Source: Hydrolagus colliei (Eukaryota). From it: a stretch of 64,000 bases of DNA. The DNA is taken from positions 5,580,001 to 5,644,000 of the forward strand of contig CM068756.1 in assembly GCA_035084275.1 (NCBI GenBank), in the 5' to 3' direction. Both the position numbers and the translations under genes were made by a program. The number at the start of each line of letters is the position of its first letter. Within the stretch, counting starts at the first letter, position 1. Under the pieces are notes generated by a model. The model searched no databases. It was not told where the DNA came from and saw only the letters and a list, made by a program, of their open reading frames with translations. Shown piece after piece: positions 12,236 to 25,301 of the stretch.

Positions 12236-12342
12236 CCGTCCCTGCTCGCCCTCTCTCCTGTTGTCAATCACCTGCTTATGTTTAAATCCCTGACTGTCCA
12301 GCGCCTTGGGACATCCTTGCTATAGAAATGTAGTTTGTTGTT
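12236..12342 (+). mobile_element. L2 LINE 3' end fragment
   Basis: C-rich 3' UTR followed by ctgtccagcgccttgggacatcc...atagaaatgtagtttgttgtt tail. Confidence 0.65.
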
Positions 12343-15300
12343 AGTGTTATGATCCATCTGCTGTACGCAGTCACGTCAAATAATTTGTTTGTGGTTGATT
12401 ATTGTTGAAGAGAATAGTTCAAACAGCAGATTTATATTAGGTTAAAATCATTTTAACAGAAAGGAGCATTTCTATTGGAAATGTGATAAAATGTGATGTT
12501 ATGTGACACTGGGCATATGACAGGTGAAATGTCTGTACCTTTACTGGTAATACAGTGGTGGTAGGCTGGTAAAACATAGGTTAATTATAGCTTTTTTCTA
12601 ACTGAATAGAATTTCCTACAAGAAGCACAAAATGAAAGGTCAGGAGCATTAGTGAATGTTACATTGCAAGAATATAATATTTGTCCTGCTGTACTCAACA
12701 CAGTGAATTCTCGAGTGGCAGAGGACTTCAAACTCAAAGAAAAATCTCCATGGAATCCTCCCAGCCAGTCACAGAAATGTGGGAGACATCTGAGAGAGGG
12801 TCAGCTGCTGCCCGCTGACCAGATTATGCTGCATGGCTTGTAGACAAGAGAAGGTACTGAAATAATTGGATTTTTAAAAAAAAAAATGTGGTGACAAGTT
12901 GCAGACATTTTTACGTGTCAGGTAATAAAAGTTGACGAGCTTCGCACGTGTAAATAAAAATGTGGCTGAAGATAATTCTGCTTTCCAGGTTTATAGCGCA
13001 ATGCCGTATCAATGTTTGGCTTTTCAATTCTTGTTCACTTGTTTAGTTTTTAAGAATGAAATAAAGTGTTTGAACTCCTGTGTGTGCTGGCTATGTAGTC
13101 GTCATTATTTGGTCATTGTCTGCATATCATCTGTAGTCACCCTTTGGTACGTTATTAATTAATTTTAAATGATGTGCTATAAATTATTTTCCACTGAATG
13201 AAACAAATTACTTGAAGACTATATGACGTGTCTAATTTAGTTGGCAAATATCAGAGGCGCCAATTTTGATCTATATTATTTCCAGAAACAGGTTATAAAA
13301 CATAAGTTGAATTAATCATAACCAGAAAGAGTAGTGACATATTCTTGTCATTTCACCTTAAGTGCTTTTTTGTATGTTTTAAAGCCTTGCCAGAATGGCA
13401 GAAGCTCATCTGTTGCTGAGTGCATGATGCTTTTTAATGGTAACATAGCAACTTGGGTCCTGGATAGCAGGTGACAAAGGTCAAACTCGAAGACTGCACA
13501 AATATTGTGTTCTGGATTTATTGTTTTAATTAAGAATGTGGCAGTTAGTCATAAACAGTTTATGGTGTTTTGCACAGTGCGGCATTTTGAAATCAGTTGT
13601 TTTTTTTGATGAAAATATGATACCAGCTGCAAATGTTCTCAACATTCAGAAAAAATACAAATTGACTAAGAACGTTATGTAATGTTTGACATTTGAAATG
13701 TCTTGAATGATTGTTTTTAAGGCCATCAACACGGTTGGTCGTGTGGATATCAGTCAGGCAACAAAAGAAGCTAAGATGTGTGTACAATGTGGTCTATAAT
13801 ATTTTATTGAGCAAATGAAAGTACTGTATTGAAAAGGGTATCAGAAAGCTGACAAGTTAATGCTGCCTCATTAACAGTAAACTAATTAAAGCAATGGAAA
13901 AATACAAAAATATTAGTCCTTTTATACAAGATTGCAGTACTCTTATTAAAAAGATCAATAACTGAACAAGATAGATAAGTTGTATACATAAGTTTTTTTT
14001 TGTTCATTCATGCATGCAGAGGGACAAAAAGGCACAAATGGTCAAGCTTCCTCCACTATAGAATTATGACTGCATTCCCCAGAGGTGTAGTTTGCACTGT
14101 AGTCCTTCTCAAATATGATTAAAATATAAAATATGGGTGATAATGTCAATAGAGACTCAGACGTGTTATTTTATTGATCTGTATGACTATTTTGTGCTGT
14201 GTTCAGTCAAGCTGTGTATATGTCTTATTCAACATTATTTTATTAACCTAATATTTGTACCTTACATTACCAGACATACCTTTCATTCAGTGAAGCACAG
14301 AGGCACAGGTCTCTAATCAGAAGTGACAACCTATATACTTTCTTTCAGCCATTATCCAATTGCCTACAGCTAAGAGCGCTGTTCCCTGAGAACGTTTTGA
14401 ATTGGGTTATTTTTATTGAGGTATTAAAGTAATTTTTCAGTTATTCGTAGGTTATCCGTTGCAGAACACTTTTTTTGGATAAAAATCTACTGGCAATTTT
14501 CAAGGCTGCAGTTGCATATTTTGAGATGAAAATTCTATGCATTTTACCATTACTGGGTGTAAATGGATTTTGGAAATTTGGGTTAAAAATTGAGTCTCTG
14601 GACTTAATTTTGGGCTACCTAATAGAGAATATTGCGTTCTGACAAATCTTTCAAGAAAAGCTAGTTTGGGACCATTGAAAAATGACCTTGGATTAATAGA
14701 CTGTACTGAAGTATGCTGGTGTGTCAAGTTTATTTTTATATTTGTTGACTGATGTGAAATAGAACTTTCCTGCAATTGTGTGGTGTTCATTGTTGGTTTA
14801 TTTTGTATTTTTGCTGTTAAATAATGCATTTTTATCCCTACAGTTTCAGTAACTAGGATCTTTAGTGTCTTGTTACTAAAGCCTGAAAGAGCTCAATATC
14901 ACTGCCCTTACTACATTCTGTTTATTCCGCTTTATAACGAGCATAATTCAAGAAAGATGATGGTATAGTAACTGAAACTTTAAAATATTTCCAATATTTT
15001 CGTAGGCATTATGATCTTTCAAGTTATGATCTTGCCGGAAATTTACCACATTTAGATCCTTGCTGGATAATAACTTAATTGTCCAATATGTAAAAAAAAA
15101 TTGTCAAGATGGAACATTATGTTTATAACCAGACAGCACAGAACTGGACAGTTAGTATTGTAAGAAATAAATCTGGGACAAGGATAAACCGTTTTGGCTC
15201 CATTAAAACAATCACACAGTGTTGGGCAAATATTTTTTTTACTGCCATTCTGCACCCCATCCTTGTTTCCAAGAGAAATCAGTCATCTATGTTGTCATTG

Positions 15301-15582
15301 TATTTCAAAATCAGTTCCCGTTTCACACATTTTCTATAAAGTTGTACACACTTTTGACTTGGTAAAGTCATAATCATCTCACATCACAAATATTATGCAA
15401 TATTAACATTTGTAGAACTTCTTCCTCCCCATGTTAAAAACTAAAAACTTTTGAAAGTTATTCTTTTGGTGACAAGGCATGGTTGTTGTAACATTAAAAC
15501 ACATTTGTTCATATATAAGATTACATCCAAGATTGTAGTTGATTGAATTATATTATCTGGCAATGCAGTCTATTGTGTGTAA

Positions 15583-15586
<4 letters not shown>

Positions 15587-15616
<30 letters not shown>
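15587..15616. repeat. (AT)15 microsatellite
   Basis: Seen directly. Confidence 0.95.
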
Positions 15617-15618
<2 letters not shown>

Positions 15619-16723
15619 TCAAGTATCTTCTGGAAACAAATTGATAAGATTGCAGATATTTTCAGTAAAAATGGTGCATACTTAGGAATAAAAACATTTG
15701 AAATTTAAGTAATAATGTCAGTTTAATCATGGCATCATTTGATTTCCTTTCAAATAACATTTTAATGTTGAACATGGCTGTGACTTGTTGCTAATTGCTT
15801 TTAATAGCAATGGAGTGTGTTGACCCAGTGGTTTAAGTGGAAGCTTCAGCACCATATGAAGTAGACATATGATAGTTTTCAGTAAATGTTTCAAGTACAC
15901 AAAGTAAAATCGAACCCAATCAAATTAAATGTAATTTTGCTGTTTATTGTGCTGTAAAGCAGTTTCCACAATACAGCCAATTATAGCTTATAAGTGAAAA
16001 ACGCAACTGCTCCATGCATTTTCCCCAGAATATAGCTTTGCCTCTAACATGTACATGCATTTACAGTATGATTCATGTGTTGACATGGCATATCCGATTT
16101 TGTTATGGATCTCTTAGGAATAAGAACAATACAGTAAAGCCATCATCCAGGGATGTTCTTCAAGCAAATATTTCACGGACATAGTTCTTTTTATATTTAT
16201 ATAATAATTTAGTGTTATGACAATGTTTTCCCAATGCTGTTTGCTTTTTTATCCCTATGTTATTATATTTCCGAACCAGACCTAATAACAGTGTGTGAGC
16301 TGAGCTGCAAAAGCCTTATTTTCTAAAATCCCATAGGATCGAAATGCACGCAGATAGATTTAGGAATCAGAGTGTTGGTGTAGAACTTCACTGAAGAATA
16401 CTGTGCAGTGGCCTGGAAAGTTTTGGTTGCTAAAATTATTCATTTTAGTTTCTTTCTCCTTTTGTGTTGAATTTACAAGTTGAGTTGTGCACCCAATTCA
16501 TCTTATATTTTCCTTTTGACCTGTCTATTCTGGTCACGTTATTGGCCAACAACTGATTTCCTTCCTGTTTTGTGGTTTGTTTTTGCTGCACAAATATGGC
16601 AGCCCACAGTTCAAGTGATGGCAACGGGAATCTGGGTGGTATTAATGACAAGAGGCCCAGATAATAGACACTGCAGCAAGCATAAGATAATTTTATATCA
16701 AGCGTCTTGTATATTGACTAAGC

Positions 16724-16827
16724 AATAGTAATAACCCCTACGTTTGATATATAGTGCCTTTCAAGTTGGGAGGACATTTCAAAGAGCTTCACAGAATTTA
16801 CCGTTAAGTGTAGTCACTGAGTATTTT
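16724..16827 (-). mobile_element. SINE 3' tail fragment (left arm of inverted pair)
   Basis: Similar to rc of the family tail (aaagagcttcacagaatt...aagtgtagtcactg). Confidence 0.78.
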
Positions 16828-16858
16828 CACTCTAATGCTACATATTACATATGTAACG

Positions 16859-17010
16859 GTATGCGCAATTGGCTGCCATGTGTCTTCCACAAAATACACA
16901 GTCACTACACTTTACATTCATAGAATATACTTTCAAATTCTGTGAAGCATTTTAAGACATCTTGAAGATGTGATAAGGCACTATATCAAATGTAAGGATT
17001 ATTATTATTA
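16859..17010 (+). mobile_element. SINE 3' half (right arm of inverted pair)
   Basis: tgcgcaattggctgcc core through ggattattattatt tail. Confidence 0.85.
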
Positions 17011-17534
17011 TGTATTGTCCTGTATTATTCAAGTTGTTTAACTGCTGTTTCCACTTCATTTAAAGCATTTAATTATTTTAATGAGATATGAACACCAATC
17101 CTGGTCAGAAACCCAAACAGATCTGATTATAATTGGTTTGGCTCTTTGGTTTTAATTGTTAAGAAAAGATAAATCTGTGCTTTACAGTTTTTTGACAAAA
17201 TAGCACAACATCGCAAGCTATTTCTGGTTTTAAAGAATGACAAATCTGCCATTTTGCTGTCTTAATTGAGCCGGAAGGAAAGTAGGGCACCAGTAGCACA
17301 AAGCTTTAATTAGGAAAGGATGAAACATTTAGTGGGGGAAATCTGTAACATCAGATGGAGGAAACCCTCGCATCTGCTGAGGATGCCTTGGTGTATCCAG
17401 CAGGGAATGCCTGAACAGCAGTTGGAAATTCCCAAACTCTTCTGGGAGAACCCCTCATAGTCGGTAGGGAATTCTCACGCATTTGTAGGTGCAGTGGTGG
17501 AGTTTCTCGAGAAGGAAATTTCGATGATCACAAG

Positions 17535-17960
17535 ATCATCTGTATGAAGAAGGCTCTTTGGCCCATTTGATCTCATCTCTCCAGAACACCCCCCCAGTGC
17601 CTCCCTCTCCCCACCCCAATCACTGCATCAAGCTGCTTCTTTAATGAATCTAGAGTCCTGACCTCTAGCACCTTTTCCTGACAATCTGTTCCAATCATTG
17701 ATTGCCCTCTGCATAAAGAAATGCCCCCTGGTATTTGTCCTGAAATTACCCTTTACAACTCCAAACCCACTCCCTCTTGTTCTACTCATGATACATCCAT
17801 TAAATTCAATTTAATATTTTGTACACTTCTGAGTTGTCTCATCTGAGTCACCTCCTCTCAATTCTGGATGAGCTCTAGCTTGTCCTGTTGTTGCTCATTC
17901 TTCTAACACTGGGGATCATCATCGTTGCTATCCTCTGCACTATCTCTAGAAGCCTGGCCT
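17535..17960 (-). mobile_element. CR1 LINE 3' fragment (end of ORF2 plus 3' UTR), degraded
   Basis: rc contains CR1 ORF2 C-terminal hallmarks (LEIVQRIAT for LExVQRRAT; ACAAGAGGGA; TGGAACAGATTGTCA for WNRLP) and a TGGGCCAAAGAGCC tail. Confidence 0.8.
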
Positions 17961-18888
17961 TATGTCTTATGTCTCCTTATGTCCAATGAGAATATGCTTT
18001 CATGATGTCAGGAAACCTTCAAAATCAGTTAGAAGAAGCCTTGAGGTTCACCTTTAGGTAGCTTGGAGATTTCATCGGTTCCAGACTGTGGCTGGATACT
18101 GTTTAAATGCAAATTCCTGTGGTTGGTCCATTAGTTGACTGGATTTACTTGAGGAATCCCAGAACCTTTATTTAGGTAAGGACTTGCTGTCAGTTACAGC
18201 TTCCTGATGACTAAGAAAGCGGAAGGAGGAAGTTATTTAATAATAAATCTTAGGACATTACCATTGAAAAGCTGTACATCTTCAACGCAATTATGAAGGT
18301 TTTTCTCAATGAGTTAACATGGTCAACAGTGGAGTTACTTAGTCACAATGGAGATTAGATGCCTGCGGGTTAGTAATAGTAACTAACAAGTGAGGATGCT
18401 TTGACTGTGGTGGAGAGAATATATGTTCAGGTGATTGGTCCTGTCAATAAAGTAGATCAGATTACTCTAATTTGGTTAATTGTTATCTGGATATACACAG
18501 AAATTTCACCTGGATCTAGAAATCTGAGAGGAATGTTTTCAAAATTAGAATGAATTTAAAAATCTGCCAAATTCTGCACACCCTGAAATGGTAAGAAAAT
18601 AGCACCACCCAGGGGAACAAAAACATTTCTCTGCATCCTCTTAACCCATTCTCATTCTTTCTTTTGGGCTGCAATCTGTTCCAATTACACTGATCTGGAT
18701 GACTCGATTTATTTGATCAAAGTGTATCACTGAGATCTGCAAGACTTGTATTAATTATTGTGTGTTTGGCATGGTGATCTGATCAATGATAAGCTTGCAC
18801 TGGTCCATATTCCCATATGGCCAATGGCAAATTAAAAATCATTTAAGGACAGATACGGAACTGGACAAATTCAGTCAGACTGCTTCAC

Positions 18889-18951
18889 AACAACAACAAA
18901 AATTACGTTTATAGAGAGCCTTTCATGTCAGGAAGATGTCCCAAGGTGCTG
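18889..18951 (-). mobile_element. L2-clade 3' tail stub
   Basis: Near-copy of the 4860-4924 stub. Confidence 0.75.
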
Positions 18952-19127
18952 AGAGGAGTGAACAATACTCTTACAGGAGAGTATCTCTGGCAAATGTAGT
19001 TTTGAAATTCATTTAAGTGAAAAGCATCTTAAATTGAATACTTTGGGGATATCATATTACATATTTCTGTAATGATAGTATTGGACTCCATTTTCCTTTC
19101 ACGTGACTATGGGTTCCACATGGACTG

Positions 19128-19250
19128 GTCAACAATTGTAACATGTCAACTGCTTCCTTGACTGAGATCAGATACTCAGCAGAGGCCTCAATTTAGATCC
19201 GTGACCTTTTGGTCTGTGTGGGTTAATGATGCATTGAATATTAGACCATT
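19128..19250 (-). mobile_element. Ancient SINE 5' fragment, AmnSINE2-like
   Basis: rc CACACAGACCAAAAGGTCAC...CTGCTGAGTATCTGATCTCAGTC...GCAGTTGACATGTTACAATTG resembles the recalled consensus (CATACAGACCAGGAAGGTCCC...GTGCTGAGTTAGCTGATCTCAGCC...CTACAATTG); the family name is tentative. Confidence 0.55.
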
Positions 19251-19342
19251 GATGGATTTGAGGTTAATGATTACATCTATCCACCCAAGTCAGTTCAACT
19301 GACTCACACAGTTTCTCTTTCTACCCTAAAATAAATAATGAC

Positions 19343-19503
19343 TTGGTCACTCACTGTTTGTGGGACACTGTTCTGCGCAATTGGCTATCGCATTTTGCCC
19401 ACAAATATACAGTCAATTCACTTTCCAGTATATTCTGTGAAGCGCTTTGAGACGTCTAGAGGATGTGAAAAGCACTATATCAAATAAAAGGATTGTCATT
19501 ATT
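19343..19503 (+). mobile_element. 3' half of Deu-type SINE
   Basis: ctgtttgtgggacactgttctgcgcaattggct core and family tail. Confidence 0.88.
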
Positions 19504-21431
19504 CACCCAATGTGCTTGAAAATGCCTTAAATCCCTTAAAAGCAACATTTAAAATGTAAATCTTAAAATAAATATATCAGATATTATTTTAAAAGTGTGT
19601 GCTGGTTACATGACTTTACCTTTGATGAAAGAAGTTAAATGAATAATATTAACTTTGGTTAGACTGTAATATTTTGTGAACCGAAGTGATAAACGGTTAT
19701 GGATAAGTGAACAATATTAGTATGAACCAGAGTGTGAATTGGGTCATTAAAACTCCTGATTCGTGTGGATTGAAAAACATCAACAAAAATTATCCTTGTT
19801 ATTACATGCAACAGAATGAGCTTCAGCTAATTGGTGCAAGAGGATTTTTATTTCCCATTGTAGAGACTTACAAATGATGGCTGAAGTTTAGAATGGCAGA
19901 CCATGTACGTGATAACACCTGAAGCTGCCAGTGTATGGTACTGAAATATTTTTATTCTCACTATTACCCATGCGTGACATGGATGTGAACACAGTGTGTA
20001 ATGTGTTGCTAAAAGCCTGGCTTGCTGATATTGTTTTAAGACATTTGGTGGCAGTATAACCACACACCCTTAACCATTAGACAGCAGTCAATTGTAGCGC
20101 AGACTTCCAGTGACCTTTAGCATGTAGAGCTGCATTTATCACTGATCACAAGAGTAGATTGAAGGTATTTAGTTCTGTTTTACTTTCCACTTATAATTTC
20201 TTGTGGCACAGTAGCAGAATGAAAACAATTGTTCACTTGGGAAATGTATCTATCTCCATCTGGCTGTGTAGTACAGCCAGCTGCACCTGAACCTCACAGG
20301 ACTGGTTCTGCGTTTTAGCTATTCAGGTTACAAAGGAGATATTTTCCATTCACTTATCTATCTAAAACTTTCAAGGTCCCTTTTTTCTGATTACTAACAT
20401 CTACACATTTTTCCACGGCCTTCATGATCAATAGAGTTGGTTATTTAGTAAGTTTTTTTTCATGCAATTTGATTTTGGATTAATGTTTCCTCCAGGAGAA
20501 AGCTGAGATCTTGTCTAAAATATATTGCAAATATATATTTGTTTGCCCTCTGTTATTCTCCCTTGTTGGTGCAGCTCATCATCACCTTTCCCTCTCATGG
20601 TTAGGTCTGAAGACTTTTCCATAGTGACTGTAAATGCAGATTTTTGACCAGCTGGCCGGAGGAATGAGTCAAAGAAATTATGATTATAGTGCCTTTCATG
20701 TTGGGAAGACACGCAACTGACTGGGAGCCTGAGCTAAGGGAAGGAGAGAATTGAAGGTTTATGCCAGATGTTTTTCCATCCTAAGATGTAACGCCTGACC
20801 TCCATGTCTAAGTATCAGCCCAGCTCATAAGTGAAGCACTCACCGAACAACTGTGAGAAAATTGCGAGCACTTTGGAATTGCAGCGAATTCTAGCACCTG
20901 CATTGCATTAGAAGGCAAGAGTAGTCACTGGTTAATCTGTGTTTATTAGCTAAAATTGTCTGAAAATACAAAATCAATACTGTAATCAATTGCTGGATAC
21001 TTTGATGTGAATTGAATTATTCTGTGATTGATTTGCCTCTCATTCTCCCCGCACCATACATTATTCCTAGCTGTGAGTACGGGCTAGAAATGTACTCCTG
21101 GTCTTCGACTACCTTTGCTCTTTAGCCGATTGCTAGGAGGAGATGTGAGGAGCATCCTGAGGGAATTACCTGACCTCTGCCCATTATCTCTCCATTGCAG
21201 CAGAGGCTGAGCTCACCAGACATGGACATGGAGGCTTAGTAATTCTATGGACTGGCACATTGGAGTGCCAATGCACAGCACCATCATGCTTCCTCTGAAA
21301 ATGAACTGATGTGACAACATGACATGCAATTTCAGCTGTAGGTATCACAAATGACTGGAAACAATAAAACACATCAAGGAAAAGATTTTCAGTATTTGTC
21401 CTCAGAAATCATTTAGAGGGTTTCACACAAT

Positions 21432-21491
21432 CACATTTCCCTCCTGAAGTGAAAGGCGCTCTACAAAAGTAATTTTGTTGTCGTTGTTGTT
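21432..21491 (+). mobile_element. L2-clade 3' tail stub
   Basis: cctcctgaagtgaaaggcgctctacaaaagtaattttgttgtcgttgttgt. Confidence 0.7.
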
Positions 21492-22034
21492 CCTTGCAAA
21501 AACAAAATAAAAGTGGATTTTAACTACATTTTCAGGTAATAACAATAAAACATTTCAAAGTAAGAGTGTAAGTCAGAAGCCAAGCCGATATTGTTGTCAT
21601 GGAGTGTCCTTTATAAGTGTGTCATATCAAAAAATACTATGTATTTTGTATTACTGTACTATCTATATTTCCTTTCTGTTAGGTTTATTTGTTTAGAAAC
21701 AATGGTGGGTTTATTTGATAGAATGAGCATCTGTCTGTTGCACATGACTGATCTTGGGTAATATTTTGAAAAATATTCAGTACCTTCAGTCCATCCATTC
21801 TGAACAGATACGCGTCAGCTTTTTTGTGTTTATGTGTTGTACAAAGGTTTGCACTATGTTGTTTCTGCACACAGAAAATGATCAGAAATGTGCTACAATG
21901 TTGGAACAATGGAATTTCTTTTGAGGTCAGAATGACAGAAAATTAAGGTTCTAATCGTTAAAACTCACAGGAAGTTGGAGTATGCCATATTCCTACCAAA
22001 GTGATACATCACTTGACTCGCACAAGTGAATGGC

Positions 22035-22905
22035 TCACTGTACTTTTCAACATCTATATGCTCCCCTTGGTGACATCATCCTCAGACATGGGGTCAGCTT
22101 GCTGTCATTCTGCCTCCAACCTCGATTCCAGGACCACAGCTGTCCTGATAGACGGCCTGTCGGGCAGAAAGTCCTGGATGAGAGCTAACTTTCTACAGTT
22201 GAATATCAACAAGACCAAGGCCCTCCTGATTAGCTTGCACCAGCACTTCTACACCTCAGGCACTGCCAGCATCAACCTCCATGGTTGCACACTCCACCTC
22301 ACCAAGCCAGTCAGGAACCTAGGTGTCTTGTTCGATCCTCAACTGTCTTTTCTGCCCAACATCAATGCCATGACTCGCTCTGCCTTCCCTCACCTCCGCA
22401 ACATTGCCCGAATTGCCACTACCTCAACCCCTCAGGTCGTTGAAACTCTCATTCATGCCTTCATCACATCCAGGCTCGACTATGCCAATGCCCTGCTTGT
22501 CAGCCTCCTCAACTTCTCCCTCCATAGCCTGCAGATCATCCAGATCCCCTTAGCTCATGTTCTCTCCCACACCAAGCTCCATGACTCTATTACCCCATTC
22601 TCGCCCGACTCCACTGGCTTCCCATTACCCAGAGGATTAAATTCAAGATACTGGTCCTCACCTTTAAAGCCCTTCATGGCTTTGTCCCACCCTACTTCTG
22701 TGATCTCCTAACCCCCTACCAACCTGTCCGTTCCCTCTGCTCAGCGTATCCGGCCTGCTCTATGTCCCCCAACCCATCTGCCCCAGCAGCAGCGAGTGAG
22801 CCTTCAGCCACTCTGCCCCAACCTCTGGAATTCCATCCCGCAATCCCTCCCTAGCCTCCTTCCAGTCCCACCTTAAGACCCTCTCCTTTGACTGTGCCAT
22901 TGGCA
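22035..22905 (+). mobile_element. 5'-truncated L2-clade LINE; degenerate reverse-transcriptase C-terminal region (ORF-track 22001-22711)
   Basis: Motifs LFNIYMLPL, WMRANFLQLNINKT, VRNLGVLFD, HLRNIARI, ETLIHAFITSRLDYANALL; the YADD segment is deleted and the 3' part is frameshifted, so it is inactive. Confidence 0.93.
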
Positions 22906-23080
22906 CCCCCATTCTCCTCCCTTCCCACCATCCTCCCCGATCCCCACCCCAGAAGTTATTGGTGCAAAGTATTTTTCACATTGTTATTTACGTTTAATAG
23001 AGTACTGTATAGGTAGCGTCTTTACTCAATAATTAAGTGTATCTGTAATTCTCTCTGGCTACATGGTTTACCCATTGCAC

Positions 23081-23389
23081 ATAATAATAATCCTTGCATT
23101 TGATATAGTGCTTTTAGCCCTCTAGATGTCTCAAAGTGCTTCACAGAATATACTGTAAAGTGAAATGACCATATATTTGTGGGAGAAGCATGGCAGTCAA
23201 TTGCACACAGCAATGTCCCACAAATAATCGTGGATACAAATGAACAATTTATTTTAAAAATTCTTGAAGGATGATTATCAGGCATGTGGAGTAAGGAAAC
23301 TTGCCCAAAGTTTTGCCCTGTTGAGAATTGAACCCAGGTCTCTTGCTTGCAAGGTGAATACTCTAACCACTGAGCTACAGGACTCCACA
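23081..23389 (-). mobile_element. Full-length tRNA-derived Deu-type SINE
   Basis: rc GTGGAGTCCTGTAGCTCAGTGGTTAGAG...GGTTCAATTCT; core; (ATT)n tail; CACATAAT occurs at both junctions. Confidence 0.93.
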
Positions 23390-24984
23390 TAATATAGCTG
23401 TGCTTACACCTGTGCTTAAATTACAGATACCATTACTTTTTCTTATATAATAGTAATTTTTTCAGCCAATTTCATGAGATTCGAAGTGCTGACAACTTAC
23501 CGTGCACCTTACCTAGTCAATGATCTTTGAACTGTGCAGAATATAAGATGAATTCTGTTTTGTGTGAACTTGTCAGTTGTTTGGCACTCTTATCTTATAG
23601 GGGAATAGACTGAGATAAATTACTCCAAATGTATTGAGGTTATATTACAATTTTAAGAAATATATGAAAACACTTGGAACATACTGGAATTAGCCAAATC
23701 TTATTAGCATTTATTGGAACTCATCTCACTTTCACACTTATTAGAAGCACTTGCTATTCAAACAGCTGCTTTTTCCTGAAAGTCCACTAGGGATTCATAA
23801 CATGTGAAGACTGCAAATGCTATCAGTATCAGTAATAACAGATTACTTTTTTTACTTTGAGTGTAAACCGTCCTCGTTGCCATCACCCCCCCTACCTCCA
23901 CCCCTCATTCTTTTGCACTCGTCACACTACCTCACAGGTCCAAGGGTGTCTGAAAGGGGGAAATGTGAAAATAAAGAGTTCTCAGATCTCTGCTAACACA
24001 ACTTTGAAGTGACCCCAAGGGGTACCTGAGAACAGATTGGATCTATTACTATATTGGTGGAATCTCACTTGGTGAGCTGTTCAGGGGAGCTGGACTTGTG
24101 AATTACCTGAGTTGTGTTGTGGCATTATAGTAATGTAGGGTAACAAAGTTCACACTTCAGGGAGAGGAGTTAACAAAATACGACGACTCTATTGCCAGTA
24201 GAACCTCCAATAGGTGGCTGGGTGACAACCTCACTAGTTATTAACAGATGTTAAGGGAATGTGATTGTTTGAAGTCTGAGACATAGTTTCAAGCCAGAAG
24301 ATATTTTACTGATACCAGATTCATTTGAGGTGTGTCTTGTTACAAGTATGGTCTGCCTACCAGGAACTTAAGCTGTAGCTGTAACTTTGCACGAAACAGA
24401 ACTATTTATTTGATTGATTTGATGTTCCGTTCTAGATGGAATGGAGTCTGCTGTAACAGGACTAATTGCATGGTGGTCATATATGATTGGGGCATGTCAT
24501 TCTGCTTGGCTGGAATGATTCCCATCTTTTCTGCGTCTTAATAAACTGCTTCAGCTTTAACCAACTGTGTCTAACAGCTTATCGAAACTTGGAAACAAAG
24601 AGGAACTTAAAGGCTGGCCCACAAAAGTTAGGATGAGAATCTCCATTACAAATATCTTTATGAGATCAAAAGTTTAATGCAGTGGGTCCTAGTAGTTATT
24701 CTATTGCTAACTGCAACCTTGTTAACTCTAGCAGTGGCTATGTAATCTATTTGAGTTTCAAGGCAACCGCATATGTTTGACCACAAGTCAGCTTTGCAAT
24801 GTTTACAATATGATAAAGATCTTTTAGCTAACAACCAACAGTTAAAACAGATTGCTTTGTTCCTGGGTAAACCAGACAAGCAGTTATTTTGTGTGTATGC
24901 ACAGTCAAATTGAGACCTGGCTTCTAAATGAGATAAGAATTGAGGGAGGAACTATTAGCTCAAGAACAAAACTCTATTTAGAGT

Positions 24985-25205
24985 TGAGGCTTTCCCCTTC
25001 CCACATTCCCTTTGTGTTGCTTCCTCCCATGCCTCCTTCAAGGCATAACCCAAAACACAACTCCTTTTCGACTATACCTTCAGCTGCCTTCCTTCCTCTC
25101 TACCCTCCTTTATCCCAATCCTGCCCCCATTCTCGGGTCCTGATCCCCAACTGTTCAGCGGCTTGCCATGTCCTACCGACGTGAATGGCTCTTTACAAAT
25201 GTCAT
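24985..25205 (+). mobile_element. L2 LINE 3' end (ORF2 terminus, C-rich UTR, tail)
   Basis: gcctccttcaaggca...aaaacacaactccttttcgactataccttc resembles the L2 ORF2 end (SFK..KT.LF..F), followed by a gacgtgaatggctctttacaaatg tail. Confidence 0.7.
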
Positions 25206-25301
25206 TTTTTAAACTGTTTTATTTATTTATCCAATAATTCATAAACAAAATATTTTTACAAGTAGCATTTATAAATTTTACACTTGTGGTACACACATTA
25301 T

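Noticed and set aside
22001-22711. 236-aa ORF as a functional reverse transcriptase or host gene
   Set aside because: It is a truncated L2 ORF2 fragment lacking the YADD catalytic segment and frameshifted at the 3' end.
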